Positions 21,910 to 31,425 of a DNA stretch of 64,000 nt are shown one piece after another (position 1 is the first letter of the stretch; each line of letters begins with the position of its first letter). The notes under the pieces were generated by a model. The model saw nothing but the letters and a program-made list of their open reading frames with translations. It made no database searches and was not told the origin of the DNA. Position numbers and translations under genes: made by a program. The DNA is from Phycisphaerae bacterium (lineage in GTDB: Bacteria > Planctomycetota > Phycisphaerae > UBA1845 > Fen-1342), in the NCBI GenBank assembly GCA_050115495.1, contig JASFQK010000029.1, forward strand, positions 1-64,000, in the 5' to 3' direction.

Positions 21910-24501
21910 CTACCGATAGAACACCACCGGCACCACGATCTCCTCCGCCGCCGGCAGGGTCGTCCGCAACGCCACCTCCACCCGCCGCGAAGCCCCCCGC
22001 ACTTCCGGCCGCCGAACCCGCAGACGCACCTCCTGCACCGTCCCAGGCGCCCTCTGGAGCGGCTCGACCGTCGCTGCCGGCGATTCCGACCGCTCCACCA
22101 CGAACGGAACGTCGTGCACCGAGATGACCTTCACCGTCCGCTCGATGAACTCAGCGTCGCCCGGCTCGTGAATGAAGACTCCCGTCGGCTCGACAGCCCA
22201 CGTCAGCTCAAACGTCGCCAGCACCGGCACGCGCAGTGTCGGCGCGTGCGGATGTGTCGTCGTAATGGTGAGTGTATCGCGCAGCGTCGCGTGACGATTC
22301 TCATTCGCGATGATCACGGTGATCGTGGAGTCATCGTGGTTGATCTCCACGTTGCGCACCAGCGGCGCGACGGCTTCCGTGATCTCGTAGGGCTGCTCAT
22401 CATCCGACACGAGCTGAACCTCGCCGCGAACCAGCTCGCCCGGCTGCGCTGACGAGAGTGTCAAGTTGCGCGGCTCCGGATAGACTCCGCGGAGAACCTT
22501 CGCCGAGAACAACACCTCCTGCGCCGTGCCGTCGGAGAAGCGGAACGTAAGCGTGTGCTTCACGTGCCCGTGGGCACCAGATAGGTGCACGCGAACGGGA
22601 AACTTCAGCTCACCCCTGGCCGGCACAGTCGAGTCCGGCGGCAGGACGGTCGCCATGCAGCCGCAGGAGGCGTGCGCGTCGGTGATCGACTGCGGCGTGG
22701 CGTATGTGTTCCGTACGATGAACTCCTGCCGAACCGACTCGGGGTAGCAGGATGCGACGGTCCACGTCTCGGGCTCGACGAAGATGCGGCCCGCCGCCGG
22801 CGTCGTTGTCGCCGCCGGTGCTGCCGGCGCCGCGGCCCGATCGCAGCCCGTGAGGCCCAAGACGAGCACGAGACCGGCGGCAGCAGTCACCGGCGCCGCG
22901 GGCCGCCGACGCCGCCAGAGAAGTGCCGCCAACGCCAGAAGCGGTGCAATCCCCGACAGCCAGGCCCACATCCGCCATGGGTTGTCGGTCCGGATCGGCA
23001 CTGGCGACGTGAGGATCGCCCGGCCGTGCCAGCGCTCGAGGAGCCACTCGCGCGGGTACGGCGCCAAGTGCCCATAACGGTTCGGGTCCGCCATCGTGAA
23101 CTGACCATCGCCGCTCGCCAGAATCACGCCGAAAGGCCGCCCGGGTCGCGACTTCGTAGAGCGCAGTTCGACGATCGCCGGATAGGGCCAGCGCTCAACG
23201 TCGGCGAAGTCCATCTCGACGACTTCGGCGTGGACGCCGGCCGCCCGCAGCCGCTCGGCAACGCGCTCTTCGATGTTGTCCCGCGGCCCGTTCGTCCACA
23301 TCGTGTCTAGCAGTGGAGCCAGTGCCACGTCCCGTCCGTAAATCGCGAGCGTCAAATAGGTGCAGTAAACGGCCGACGCTTCCGCCGGAACGGCCGCCGG
23401 CTCATCGTCCGCCCATACCGGGGCCGCCGCCAGCAGGAGCAGCGTAGTCGTGGCAACCCGGCGGCTCCGGCGCCGGCCGAAGGCGAGCACGCTGAAGACC
23501 AGCGCCAGGACGATGTTCCCCACGGCCACGAACGGGCCGATACCCGCCGATTCGCGGATCGGCGCTGCGGCGCCCACGGCCTTCGTCTGCGCCGGCAGAC
23601 GGCCGAACACCCCATCGTATACGAGCCAGTTGTGCAGGCCCTCCTCGGCCTCGGCCAGGCTCGCCCAGCCATACACGCGGACAACGTCCTCGTCGTAACT
23701 GACACTGGTACCGAAGGGGAAGGGAACGCGCAGGTCTTCGGGGCGCAAGCCCTGGTTGACGCGGACGCTCTCCGGGTACACGTGTTCCGTGCTGGGTTTG
23801 GGTCCGCGCACCTCAAACGTCTCCGGCAGCCAGAGCCCGTCGTAACAGCGGTAGCCGCCGAAGACGAACTCGCGGTCGCTAACGCCCGCAACGCGCGTGC
23901 GGACGGGCATGAAGCCGTAACGGGAATCAAGCTCTCGCGTCACGGAGTCGGTGGCAACCGTCACAATGCCCGGCCGCTCGGAATCCTCCGTGAGCGTAAG
24001 CTGGGGAATCGCGAAGAACGTCCGCCAATTGCCCGTCGAACCGGGCCGCTCGGGCCCCAGACCGAGGTGAGCAAGATACAAGGCTGCCACGGTCATATAG
24101 GCATCGTTCATGTACTCGGAAAAGCAGCCCCCCATCCCGTCGCCCTGCAACAGAACATAGGACACGCCATCGTAGCTCGTAATATGGCGCAGGGCGCCGG
24201 TCTCTCTGGTGAGCACCTGCTGGTAGCGCCAGTAGCGCCACGGCGGGTCGCCAATCAGCGTCACTTCCGCATGACGCAGAGTAACGTCGTCTCTGTCTTC
24301 CGCGAAGAGCCGCGCGTCCGAGGCATACGTGAGATCGTGCACATTCGCAAGCATCGTGCACAATGCGCCCCGCACGTCGTCAAACTGCGTTTGGGCTGCC
24401 GCCAGAGACACGACCGTGGCCGCGAAACCGGCGAGCGTACAGAAACGCCAAGCGTATGAGAGAACACACGGAGGGCAACGATTTAACGCCGACTTAGGCA
24501 T
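21910..24501 (-). CDS. Multi-module exported protein: LolA/MucB-like domain, inactive C39-like domain, DUF1573/Ig-like domains
   Basis: ASCGC motif of DUF1573, C39-like fold segment lacking the catalytic C and H, and internal hydrophobic signal-like segments. Start uncertain (24603 or 24501). Confidence 0.7.
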   Translation of the reverse strand: MPKSALNRCPPCVLSYAWRFCTLAGFAATVVSLAAAQTQFDDVRGALCTMLANVHDLTYASDARLFAEDRDDVTLRHAEVTLIGDPPWRYWRYQQVLTRETGALRHITSYDGVSYVLLQGDGMGGCFSEYMNDAYMTVAALYLAHLGLGPERPGSTGNWRTFFAIPQLTLTEDSERPGIVTVATDSVTRELDSRYGFMPVRTRVAGVSDREFVFGGYRCYDGLWLPETFEVRGPKPSTEHVYPESVRVNQGLRPEDLRVPFPFGTSVSYDEDVVRVYGWASLAEAEEGLHNWLVYDGVFGRLPAQTKAVGAAAPIRESAGIGPFVAVGNIVLALVFSVLAFGRRRSRRVATTTLLLLAAAPVWADDEPAAVPAEASAVYCTYLTLAIYGRDVALAPLLDTMWTNGPRDNIEERVAERLRAAGVHAEVVEMDFADVERWPYPAIVELRSTKSRPGRPFGVILASGDGQFTMADPNRYGHLAPYPREWLLERWHGRAILTSPVPIRTDNPWRMWAWLSGIAPLLALAALLWRRRRPAAPVTAAAGLVLVLGLTGCDRAAAPAAPAATTTPAAGRIFVEPETWTVASCYPESVRQEFIVRNTYATPQSITDAHASCGCMATVLPPDSTVPARGELKFPVRVHLSGAHGHVKHTLTFRFSDGTAQEVLFSAKVLRGVYPEPRNLTLSSAQPGELVRGEVQLVSDDEQPYEITEAVAPLVRNVEINHDDSTITVIIANENRHATLRDTLTITTTHPHAPTLRVPVLATFELTWAVEPTGVFIHEPGDAEFIERTVKVISVHDVPFVVERSESPAATVEPLQRAPGTVQEVRLRVRRPEVRGASRRVEVALRTTLPAAEEIVVPVVFYR

Positions 24502-24811
24502 AGTGCCAACTTCGCCTCCCAATGGGTCTCGCATTCCGTCAGCAAGCGATGAGTTGTGAAGAAGGCGTTGAACGCTTGGCTCGACAGACCGGTCGTCCGG
24601 CATGCCAACACAAATTGCCTCCGCTGGCCCCGCTCAATGCGCTCATGCATCACAACCTGTAGCCACCACTCGCTCGCCCCGGCGTGACGCATGCGTCGAA
24701 GGAAGCCCGCCGCTGTCGCGCCGCGCCGCAGTGTCTCACACAAGACAACCGTTTGCTGGGCAGGCCTTGCCTAGCTTGCGCCCAGAAACGGCACGCAAGT
24801 CAGACAGCCGT

Positions 24812-25219
24812 CTAGCTCTGCTGAACGCAGGTCTGGGCCCTGCCGCATTCGCGGAGGCCGATGGGGTCGTTCTCGTCGCAGTAACAGCGCGCTCCCTCGT
24901 CCCCTGGCACCGGACCCTTGCATTTCGGCACGGGTACTAGAGCGCACAGATTCCCGAATTCCTGGTGACACGTCTTGCCCGTGACGGCGACACACGTGAG
25001 TCTAACGATTCCGGGACATGCGCCGCAGCACGTGTGATTCGCGCAGTCGGATGTGGCGGGCGTACAGTCCTCCGCGCTCGGCCTCTGACAGACCGTTCGC
25101 TGGAGGCAATCATAACCCGTCAAATCGTCTGCACGCGCCGGGCGGAGCATGCCGAAGAGAACGATCACGGCAACGCAACTGGTGGCGCACACGGCGACGA
25201 CATACTGTATTCGTAACAT
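24812..25219 (-). CDS. Secreted Cys-rich small protein
   Basis: Signal peptide ending ARA, 15 Cys in the mature part, AGGAG RBS. Confidence 0.75.
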   Translation of the reverse strand: MLRIQYVVAVCATSCVAVIVLFGMLRPARADDLTGYDCLQRTVCQRPSAEDCTPATSDCANHTCCGACPGIVRLTCVAVTGKTCHQEFGNLCALVPVPKCKGPVPGDEGARCYCDENDPIGLRECGRAQTCVQQS

Positions 25220-25251
25220 CGCTGACGCTCCTTCTCATTGACGCGGGGCCT

Positions 25252-25833
25252 TTACTGCGCGGCTTCCACGATCTCGACGCTCTCAATCACCACGACCAAG
25301 TGCGGCACGCCGTCCTCATCGCCGCTGGCATAAACCGCTTCAACAATATCCATCCCACCGATCACCTCGGCGAAGACCGTGTGCAAGCCGTCCCAGGCCG
25401 GATACGCCTCCACGCAGATATTGAACAGGTGCGTGTCCTCCGTTCCGGAGAAGTCGCGGATGCCGACGTGGCCGGGCGTATGCGTGAGTGGACTGTCGAT
25501 CTCGCGCTCCTCCCACTGGTACGCGTGCGGGCTGTACTTCAGTGAGCCGTCCGGCAGAATGTCCCCACCGTAAATAAACGAAGGAGACACCTGGTCGAAA
25601 ATCACGCCGTCGTAGACGTGGTTTCGGCAGAAGCCGATGAAGTGCTGCACCGTGAGCGGCGCAGCATCGTTGCGCAACAGCAGCGTGATGTCCCCCGCCG
25701 ATGTGTGCAGAATCGCCTGCGGATGTGAGCCCCAATCCACCAAGCCCGAGCGAGCCTCGCTCGGCTGCACAAGCAGCAACGCCAAGCCGGCCATGCAGAG
25801 GGCCGACGCAACCGCCAGAACCTTCGTTGACAT
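25252..25833 (-). CDS. Exported cyclophilin-like protein with a degenerate active site
   Basis: TSAGDI...APLTV..F...YDG.IF, DGLHTVFAEVIGGMDIV. Canonical FHR is FDQ here. Confidence 0.8.
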   Translation of the reverse strand: MSTKVLAVASALCMAGLALLLVQPSEARSGLVDWGSHPQAILHTSAGDITLLLRNDAAPLTVQHFIGFCRNHVYDGVIFDQVSPSFIYGGDILPDGSLKYSPHAYQWEEREIDSPLTHTPGHVGIRDFSGTEDTHLFNICVEAYPAWDGLHTVFAEVIGGMDIVEAVYASGDEDGVPHLVVVIESVEIVEAAQ

Positions 25834-26137
25834 GCACAATCTCCCCGGGGACCCCTCTGGAGGCAGCGCCGAGTCGTCCCCTGTTCCCCGGCGTGTCGGC
25901 GGGCAGTGCGTCGCCCGCCAAGTTGATAATTGCGCGCAGCCGCCCCGTAGTCAAACTGTCTCACGCTATCCCGTCCCTCCTCGACACTATCCCCTGGATA
26001 CCATAAACCAATTATTAACATAGCATTACGACGCCCCCACGATTTTGCGGACTTTGGCGAACTTCATACCTTACGAGATGTGCAACACCCTATTTATGAC
26101 GTCACCCGCGCCGATGCAGCGCCGCCGCGTCGTCCGC

Positions 26138-28489
26138 TTAGAACGATGCGCCGAAGGAGAAGTTGAAGACTTGCGTATCGTCGTCGTCGCCCTTGGCGAT
26201 CGGAAAGCCGAAGTCCAGCACGATCGGCACCGGGCCGAAGAAGTCGACGTTGATCCGCAGACCGAAGCCAACCGACGCCCGCCAATCCGTGATCGTGAGG
26301 CCTTCCTCGACCGTGCCCATGTCCAGGAACGTGACGCCGCGGAAGCTCTTGCCGTACAGCGGGAACGAGTACTCCGCCCCGGTCAGCAGAATGAGATCGC
26401 CGCCGACCCGCGTGTTCTTCACGCCCTTGCGCGGCGAGATCCCGCGGAAGTGGAAGCCGCGGATCGAGCCGAAACCGCCGCCGTAGAACCGCTCGAACAC
26501 CGGGGCATCGCCCACGATGTACGAAGCGTCCGCCCGGACAGCAAAGACGCTCTTGCGGTCGAAGATGTCGGTGCGGAGGGTCTTATACCAGGCGAAGCCG
26601 GCCGACGGACGGCCGAACTGGAAGTCACCGCCGAGCGCCCCGACCTGCTCCCAGCTCAGATTGAACCGGTACCCGCGCGTGGGGACCATGCGGCTGTCGG
26701 TCGTGTCGCGGACGACGCTGACCTTGAACGCCGACAGGAAGTGGTCGCCGCGTACCTCGCGCACGTCGCTCGGCGCCAGCGGATCGACGTCGCTGACGCT
26801 GACCTGCTCGGCCCGTAGCGCCCCTTCCACCGCCCAGTCGGCGAAGAAGCCCCGCTCGAACCGCTTGCTCAGGGCGATCAGCACGCCGAGCCGCTGCTCG
26901 TCGTACGCGTCGCGGCCGCGCTGGAACAGGTACGCCGACGTGTCCAGCCGCAGCGGCCGGTCCAGCAGGTACGGCTCGGTGAAGTCGATGCGGAAGCGGG
27001 TCATCTCGGTGCCCGGCTCGGCGGAGAAGCGCAGCCGTTGCCCGTCGCCGCGAAACGCCTGCCCACGGAAGAACTGGCCCCACGTGCGCGGCCAGTCGAA
27101 CAGGTCGAAGTTGCGGTTCTCGATCGACAATGAACCCAGCACGCCGCTATCCGTGCTGACGCCGACGCCGATCAGGAACGTCACCGTCTCGGTTTCCTCG
27201 ACCTCGACCAGCGCCTCGCGCAGGTCACCCGCCGGCGGCAGCGGCGTGATCGTCGCCTCCGCGAACAGGCCGGTTTCCTTCAGCCGCTGCTCGGCCTCTT
27301 TGGCGGCAACCATGTTGAACAGATCGCCCGGCAACAGCTTCAGCTCCCGGCGGACCACCTCGTCCCTGGTCCGCTGATTGCCGCGGATGCTGATGCGGCC
27401 GATACGGTACTGCTTATTCTCGTCGATCTGGTAGTGCAGCCGCACGACGCCCGGCTGCTCGAGAAACTCGTGCTGGGCGTCCACGTACGCGTCGACGTAG
27501 CCGATCTCGCCGTAGAGCTCCTGCACCCGCCGGACGTCCTCGCGCAGTGACTCGTTGCGCAGCGTGAACCCCGGCTCGAGCTGCATCGCCGCCCGCAGCC
27601 GCCCGGTGTCGTAGGCCGTGTTGCCGTCGATGGCGATGTCCTGAATCGTGTAGCGCACGCCCTCTTCGATCACGAAGACCAGTCGCAGATCGCTGCGCGA
27701 CACCTCGTCAAAATCCAGCCGGTAGCCGACGCGGGCGTCGAGATAGCCCTCGTCGTGATAGAAACGCTGGATCTCGACGGCGTCGCGGCCGGCGATCTCC
27801 TCATCGAACGCCCCGGTGCGGAACAGCCAGAAGTACGTCTTGCTGCGAATGCTCGGCCGCAGCCGCCAGTTCGGGAAGGACCGGTTCCCCTCCAGCAGGA
27901 TCTTCCGCACCCGCACCCGCGGCCCCTCGACGATCTGGTAGACAACCCGCCCCTCGCTCAGCAGCGCCTGCTCGTTGACGGTCACTTCGACGTAGTAATA
28001 CCCCGCCTCCTTGTAGCGCCGCTCGATCTCGTCCCGCCCCCGCCGAACGTCGTATACGTCCAGCGCGTCGCCGGCCGCCGGCGTCACTTCGTACAGCTTG
28101 TCGTCGGTGAAGACCTTGTTCCCTTCAATCTCCACCGTGGCGATAGTCGGCCGCTCCTGCACCGTGAAGGTCACGACGACCTGGTTCTCCTCGACCTTCG
28201 TGTCGGCGAAGGCGTTGAGGAACCGCCGCGAACGCAGCAGCGCCCGCACGTCCTCCTCCACCTGCCGGCGGGAGAACGGCTGCGACTCACGCGTCTTGAT
28301 CGACCGCCGGAACCACCCCTCGCTGATCGTCTCCAGCCCGACGATCTCCACCCGGCGAACGATCATCCCGTCCGCGGCCTGGTTGTCCTGGGCACTGGCC
28401 GATCCGGCCACCAGGAGCCACGTCCCGGCCACCAGCGCCGCCAGCAGCGCCCGCCCTCGCCCGCCAAGTCTTGCCGATGCGATTTGCAC
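26138..28489 (-). CDS. bamA: Outer membrane protein assembly factor BamA
   Basis: POTRA repeats, GGFGSIRGF motif, C-terminal FNFSFGASF. Confidence 0.92.
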   Translation of the reverse strand: MQIASARLGGRGRALLAALVAGTWLLVAGSASAQDNQAADGMIVRRVEIVGLETISEGWFRRSIKTRESQPFSRRQVEEDVRALLRSRRFLNAFADTKVEENQVVVTFTVQERPTIATVEIEGNKVFTDDKLYEVTPAAGDALDVYDVRRGRDEIERRYKEAGYYYVEVTVNEQALLSEGRVVYQIVEGPRVRVRKILLEGNRSFPNWRLRPSIRSKTYFWLFRTGAFDEEIAGRDAVEIQRFYHDEGYLDARVGYRLDFDEVSRSDLRLVFVIEEGVRYTIQDIAIDGNTAYDTGRLRAAMQLEPGFTLRNESLREDVRRVQELYGEIGYVDAYVDAQHEFLEQPGVVRLHYQIDENKQYRIGRISIRGNQRTRDEVVRRELKLLPGDLFNMVAAKEAEQRLKETGLFAEATITPLPPAGDLREALVEVEETETVTFLIGVGVSTDSGVLGSLSIENRNFDLFDWPRTWGQFFRGQAFRGDGQRLRFSAEPGTEMTRFRIDFTEPYLLDRPLRLDTSAYLFQRGRDAYDEQRLGVLIALSKRFERGFFADWAVEGALRAEQVSVSDVDPLAPSDVREVRGDHFLSAFKVSVVRDTTDSRMVPTRGYRFNLSWEQVGALGGDFQFGRPSAGFAWYKTLRTDIFDRKSVFAVRADASYIVGDAPVFERFYGGGFGSIRGFHFRGISPRKGVKNTRVGGDLILLTGAEYSFPLYGKSFRGVTFLDMGTVEEGLTITDWRASVGFGLRINVDFFGPVPIVLDFGFPIAKGDDDDTQVFNFSFGASF

Positions 28490-28625
28490 GATTCACCACG
28501 CCGATCGAGAGAATGCCCAGAATGGCCCCTCCGTCCTGCGGGGGGACCGCGCCGATGTTGCGCGGTACTATACCGCCCACCCGCAGTCGGCGAAAGCACG
28601 CGGCCCCGCCGCACCTGGAGCACCC

Positions 28626-29378
28626 ATGAAACCCGTCATCGGTCTGAGCAGCAACTCCCGTCGTGACTCCGTCGACCCGTGGCGATCGCAGATATACCTC
28701 GACGCCGTCTATCTCGACGCCGTCGAAGCCGCCGGCGGCCTGCCGGTCGCCCTGCCCGTGCCGCAAACCCCCGACCCCGCCCTGCTCGACGAACTCATCG
28801 CCGCCTGCGACGGCTTGGTCTTCACCGGCGGCTTCGACCTGCACCCGCACCATTTCGGCGACGAGCCCGTGCATCCCAAGGCCATCGTGCTGGACGAACG
28901 CCGCGACCGCTTCGAGGTCGAACTCTTCCGCCGGGCCGACGCCGCCCGCCTGCCCATCCTCGCCATCTGCCTCGGCCACCAGATCGCTCACGTGGCCCGC
29001 GGCGGCGCGTTGATCCAGCACATCGACGATCTGGACCGCCCCACGCCCGTCACGCACTACCTGGCGAGCGGTCACCCCGCCTTGCACTCTGTACGCATCG
29101 AGCCCGGCTCACGCCTGGCCAGCGTCGTCGGCGGGACGGAAATCGAAGTGAACAGCCGCCATCACCAGGCGGTCGATCACCGCCGACCGGTCCACAATCT
29201 GCGACCCGTCGCCTGGTCCCCCGACGGCCTGCTCGAAGGCGCTGAAGATTGTGATGGACGGTTCCTGCTCTGCGTGCAGTGGCACCCCGAGGACCTCTTC
29301 GACCGCCCCGAACACCTGCGGCTCTTCGAGGCCGTTGTGCACGAGGCCCGGGCCTGGCGCACGCAGCGCCGCTCCTGA
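28626..29378 (+). CDS. Peptidase C26 / gamma-glutamyl-GABA hydrolase family (class I glutamine amidotransferase)
   Basis: TGGFDLHP, AICLGHQ, VNSRHHQA, VQWHPE. Confidence 0.9.
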   Translation: MKPVIGLSSNSRRDSVDPWRSQIYLDAVYLDAVEAAGGLPVALPVPQTPDPALLDELIAACDGLVFTGGFDLHPHHFGDEPVHPKAIVLDERRDRFEVELFRRADAARLPILAICLGHQIAHVARGGALIQHIDDLDRPTPVTHYLASGHPALHSVRIEPGSRLASVVGGTEIEVNSRHHQAVDHRRPVHNLRPVAWSPDGLLEGAEDCDGRFLLCVQWHPEDLFDRPEHLRLFEAVVHEARAWRTQRRS

Positions 29379-29389
29379 CCGGTCGCCCG

Positions 29390-29605
29390 CTACTTCTCGG
29401 TCGCCAGCAGGACGTTCACTGCCTTGGCCAGCACCTGCACCTTCATCCCCGGCTTGAGCCCCAGGTCCTCCAGCGATTCGGTCGTCATCACCGAGCACAT
29501 GATCGACTGCGCCGGAATCGTCACCTTGACCTGGCACATGACGTCCCCGCGGCGAATCTCGGCCACTTCACCCACAAGCTGATTGCGCGCTCCGTATTTC
29601 ATCAC
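29390..29605 (-). CDS. TOBE/Mop molybdate-binding protein
   Basis: GARNQLVGEV...SVMTTESLEDLGLKPG...KAVNV. Confidence 0.88.
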   Translation of the reverse strand: MMKYGARNQLVGEVAEIRRGDVMCQVKVTIPAQSIMCSVMTTESLEDLGLKPGMKVQVLAKAVNVLLATEK

Positions 29606-29646
29606 GTTGCTCCCTCTGGCCTGACGGCGCCGGCCCGCCGCATGGG

Positions 29647-31191
29647 CTACGAGCCGCCCTTGGTCTTCACCCGGACGATGCGCCGGTCGCCCTGCGGGTC
29701 CAGCACCTGGAGCCGCACGTCCTCGCCCGGGCGAACCGAGTCTAACGCCTTGAGCAGTTCGCCGACAGTGGTCACCTCCTCACCGTCACAGGCGACGATG
29801 AGCTCGCCCGCACCGACCCGCGGCCGCCCCTCCACCACGCCCTCGATGCTCACGACGAAAACGCCGCGATCCGTCTCGTCGAAGGCCCGGGCCTGCATGA
29901 ACATCGTGAGCAACCCCGGGTGGAACGTGCAGCCGCGCAGGCCCAGCCGCGGAATCCCGCGCGAGTCAATCGCCGGCGCTCTGCGGGCCGCCACCATGTC
30001 GTTCGGTTGCAGGCCGAGGCGAATGTCGAGCTCGCGCTCCTCACCGTCCCGGATGAAGCGTACGCGCACGAGTTCGTCGGGCCCCAGGTCGGCGATGAGC
30101 GACTTGAAGTACTCCCCGTCGCGGATGACTTCGCCGTTGACGGCTACGATCACGTCCTCGACCTGCAGCCCGGCGTTGTCCGCCGGCGAATCCTCGTGCA
30201 CGGTTGAGATCAGAATCCCCCTGGTGTCGGGCAGCTTGAAGATCTTCGCGTCGTCCTCGGTAAGCGCCGCGGTCGGATAGCTGATGCCCAGCCAGCCGCG
30301 AGAGACGATGCCGTGCTCGACGAGCTCTTCGGCCACCCGCCGGGCCATATTCGCTGGAATGCTGAACGCCACGCCGGCGTTGACCGCCTCGCCGTTAGTG
30401 GCGATCGCCGTGTTCACGCCGACGACTTCGCCCCGCAGGTTTAGCAGCGGCCCGCCGGAGTTACCCGGGTTGATCGCCGTGTCCGTCTGGATGAAGTTCT
30501 GATACAGGACTTCGCGCTCTTCGACGCGTGTGCGGCCGGTAGCGCTGACGATGCCATGCGTGACCGTCTGGCTGAGGCCGAACGGGGCGCCGATGGCCAC
30601 GACCCAGTCGCCGACCTCGGCCTTGTCCGAGTCGCCGAAGACGAGCGGATGCAGGTCGGTGGCGTCGATCTTGACCACCGCCAGGTCGGTCTTCGGGTCG
30701 ATACCAACCAGGCGAGCCTCGTACGTGCGTTCGTTGTTCAGCGTGACGGCGATTTCCGGCCGCCCTTGGACCACGTGGCAGTTCGTGACGATGTGGCCGT
30801 TGGTGTCGAAGAGAAAGCCGCTGCCCGCCGCCGGCGGCAGCCGTCGCAGCAGAAACTGCTCGATCTGCTCGTCGGTCAGCATGCCGCCGAGTTGCTCGCG
30901 CATCTGGTCGATGTCGTCCTGCGAGATGCGGTCGAGCCCGCCGCCGCTCACGTTGATGTGCACCACCCCCGGCCGGGCCACTTTCGCCACCAGCCGGAAC
31001 GCCTTCGAGATCGTCTGGAGACCGCCGGCATCCTGGAGGTCGGCCAGTTCCTCGGTCGCGGCCTGCAACCGACCACGCTCGAATGCGTAAGCCCAGTGCG
31101 ACAGCAGGCGATCCCCGACGCCCACCCAGATCAGGGCCAGCAGGACGGCCGTCCACAGGAACAACCGGACGTGTAAACGTGTGCGGTTCAT
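29647..31191 (-). CDS. htrA: HtrA/DegP-family serine protease with two PDZ domains
   Basis: TNCHV, DLAV and GNSGGPL triad motifs, plus PDZ domains. Confidence 0.92.
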   Translation of the reverse strand: MNRTRLHVRLFLWTAVLLALIWVGVGDRLLSHWAYAFERGRLQAATEELADLQDAGGLQTISKAFRLVAKVARPGVVHINVSGGGLDRISQDDIDQMREQLGGMLTDEQIEQFLLRRLPPAAGSGFLFDTNGHIVTNCHVVQGRPEIAVTLNNERTYEARLVGIDPKTDLAVVKIDATDLHPLVFGDSDKAEVGDWVVAIGAPFGLSQTVTHGIVSATGRTRVEEREVLYQNFIQTDTAINPGNSGGPLLNLRGEVVGVNTAIATNGEAVNAGVAFSIPANMARRVAEELVEHGIVSRGWLGISYPTAALTEDDAKIFKLPDTRGILISTVHEDSPADNAGLQVEDVIVAVNGEVIRDGEYFKSLIADLGPDELVRVRFIRDGEERELDIRLGLQPNDMVAARRAPAIDSRGIPRLGLRGCTFHPGLLTMFMQARAFDETDRGVFVVSIEGVVEGRPRVGAGELIVACDGEEVTTVGELLKALDSVRPGEDVRLQVLDPQGDRRIVRVKTKGGS

Positions 31192-31336
31192 GGCGCAACG
31201 CTCCTCCCGGTCCGCCGCCCGGCCGCCGCCGATGAAAGCGGCCCGCCGCGGTCCGGTCTATGCTGTGATCTTACGCCCTTCTTTCGCCGGCCGCCCGGCT
31301 CGGTTGCAGACCCGCGCGACTTCTCCGCCCCGGTCG

Positions 31337-31415
31337 AAAAAGGGGACTGGCTCCGAGCCGACCACAACCCCGGTGTTTTCGAGGCCGCCCAGGGCGAGGT
31401 GCCTGTCCCTTTTTT
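31337..31415. repeat. Short intergenic element with terminal inverted repeats (REP-like or bidirectional terminator)
   Basis: AAAAAGGGGACTGGC ... GCCTGTCCCTTTTT. Confidence 0.5.
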
Positions 31416-31425
31416 AGACAGGTCG

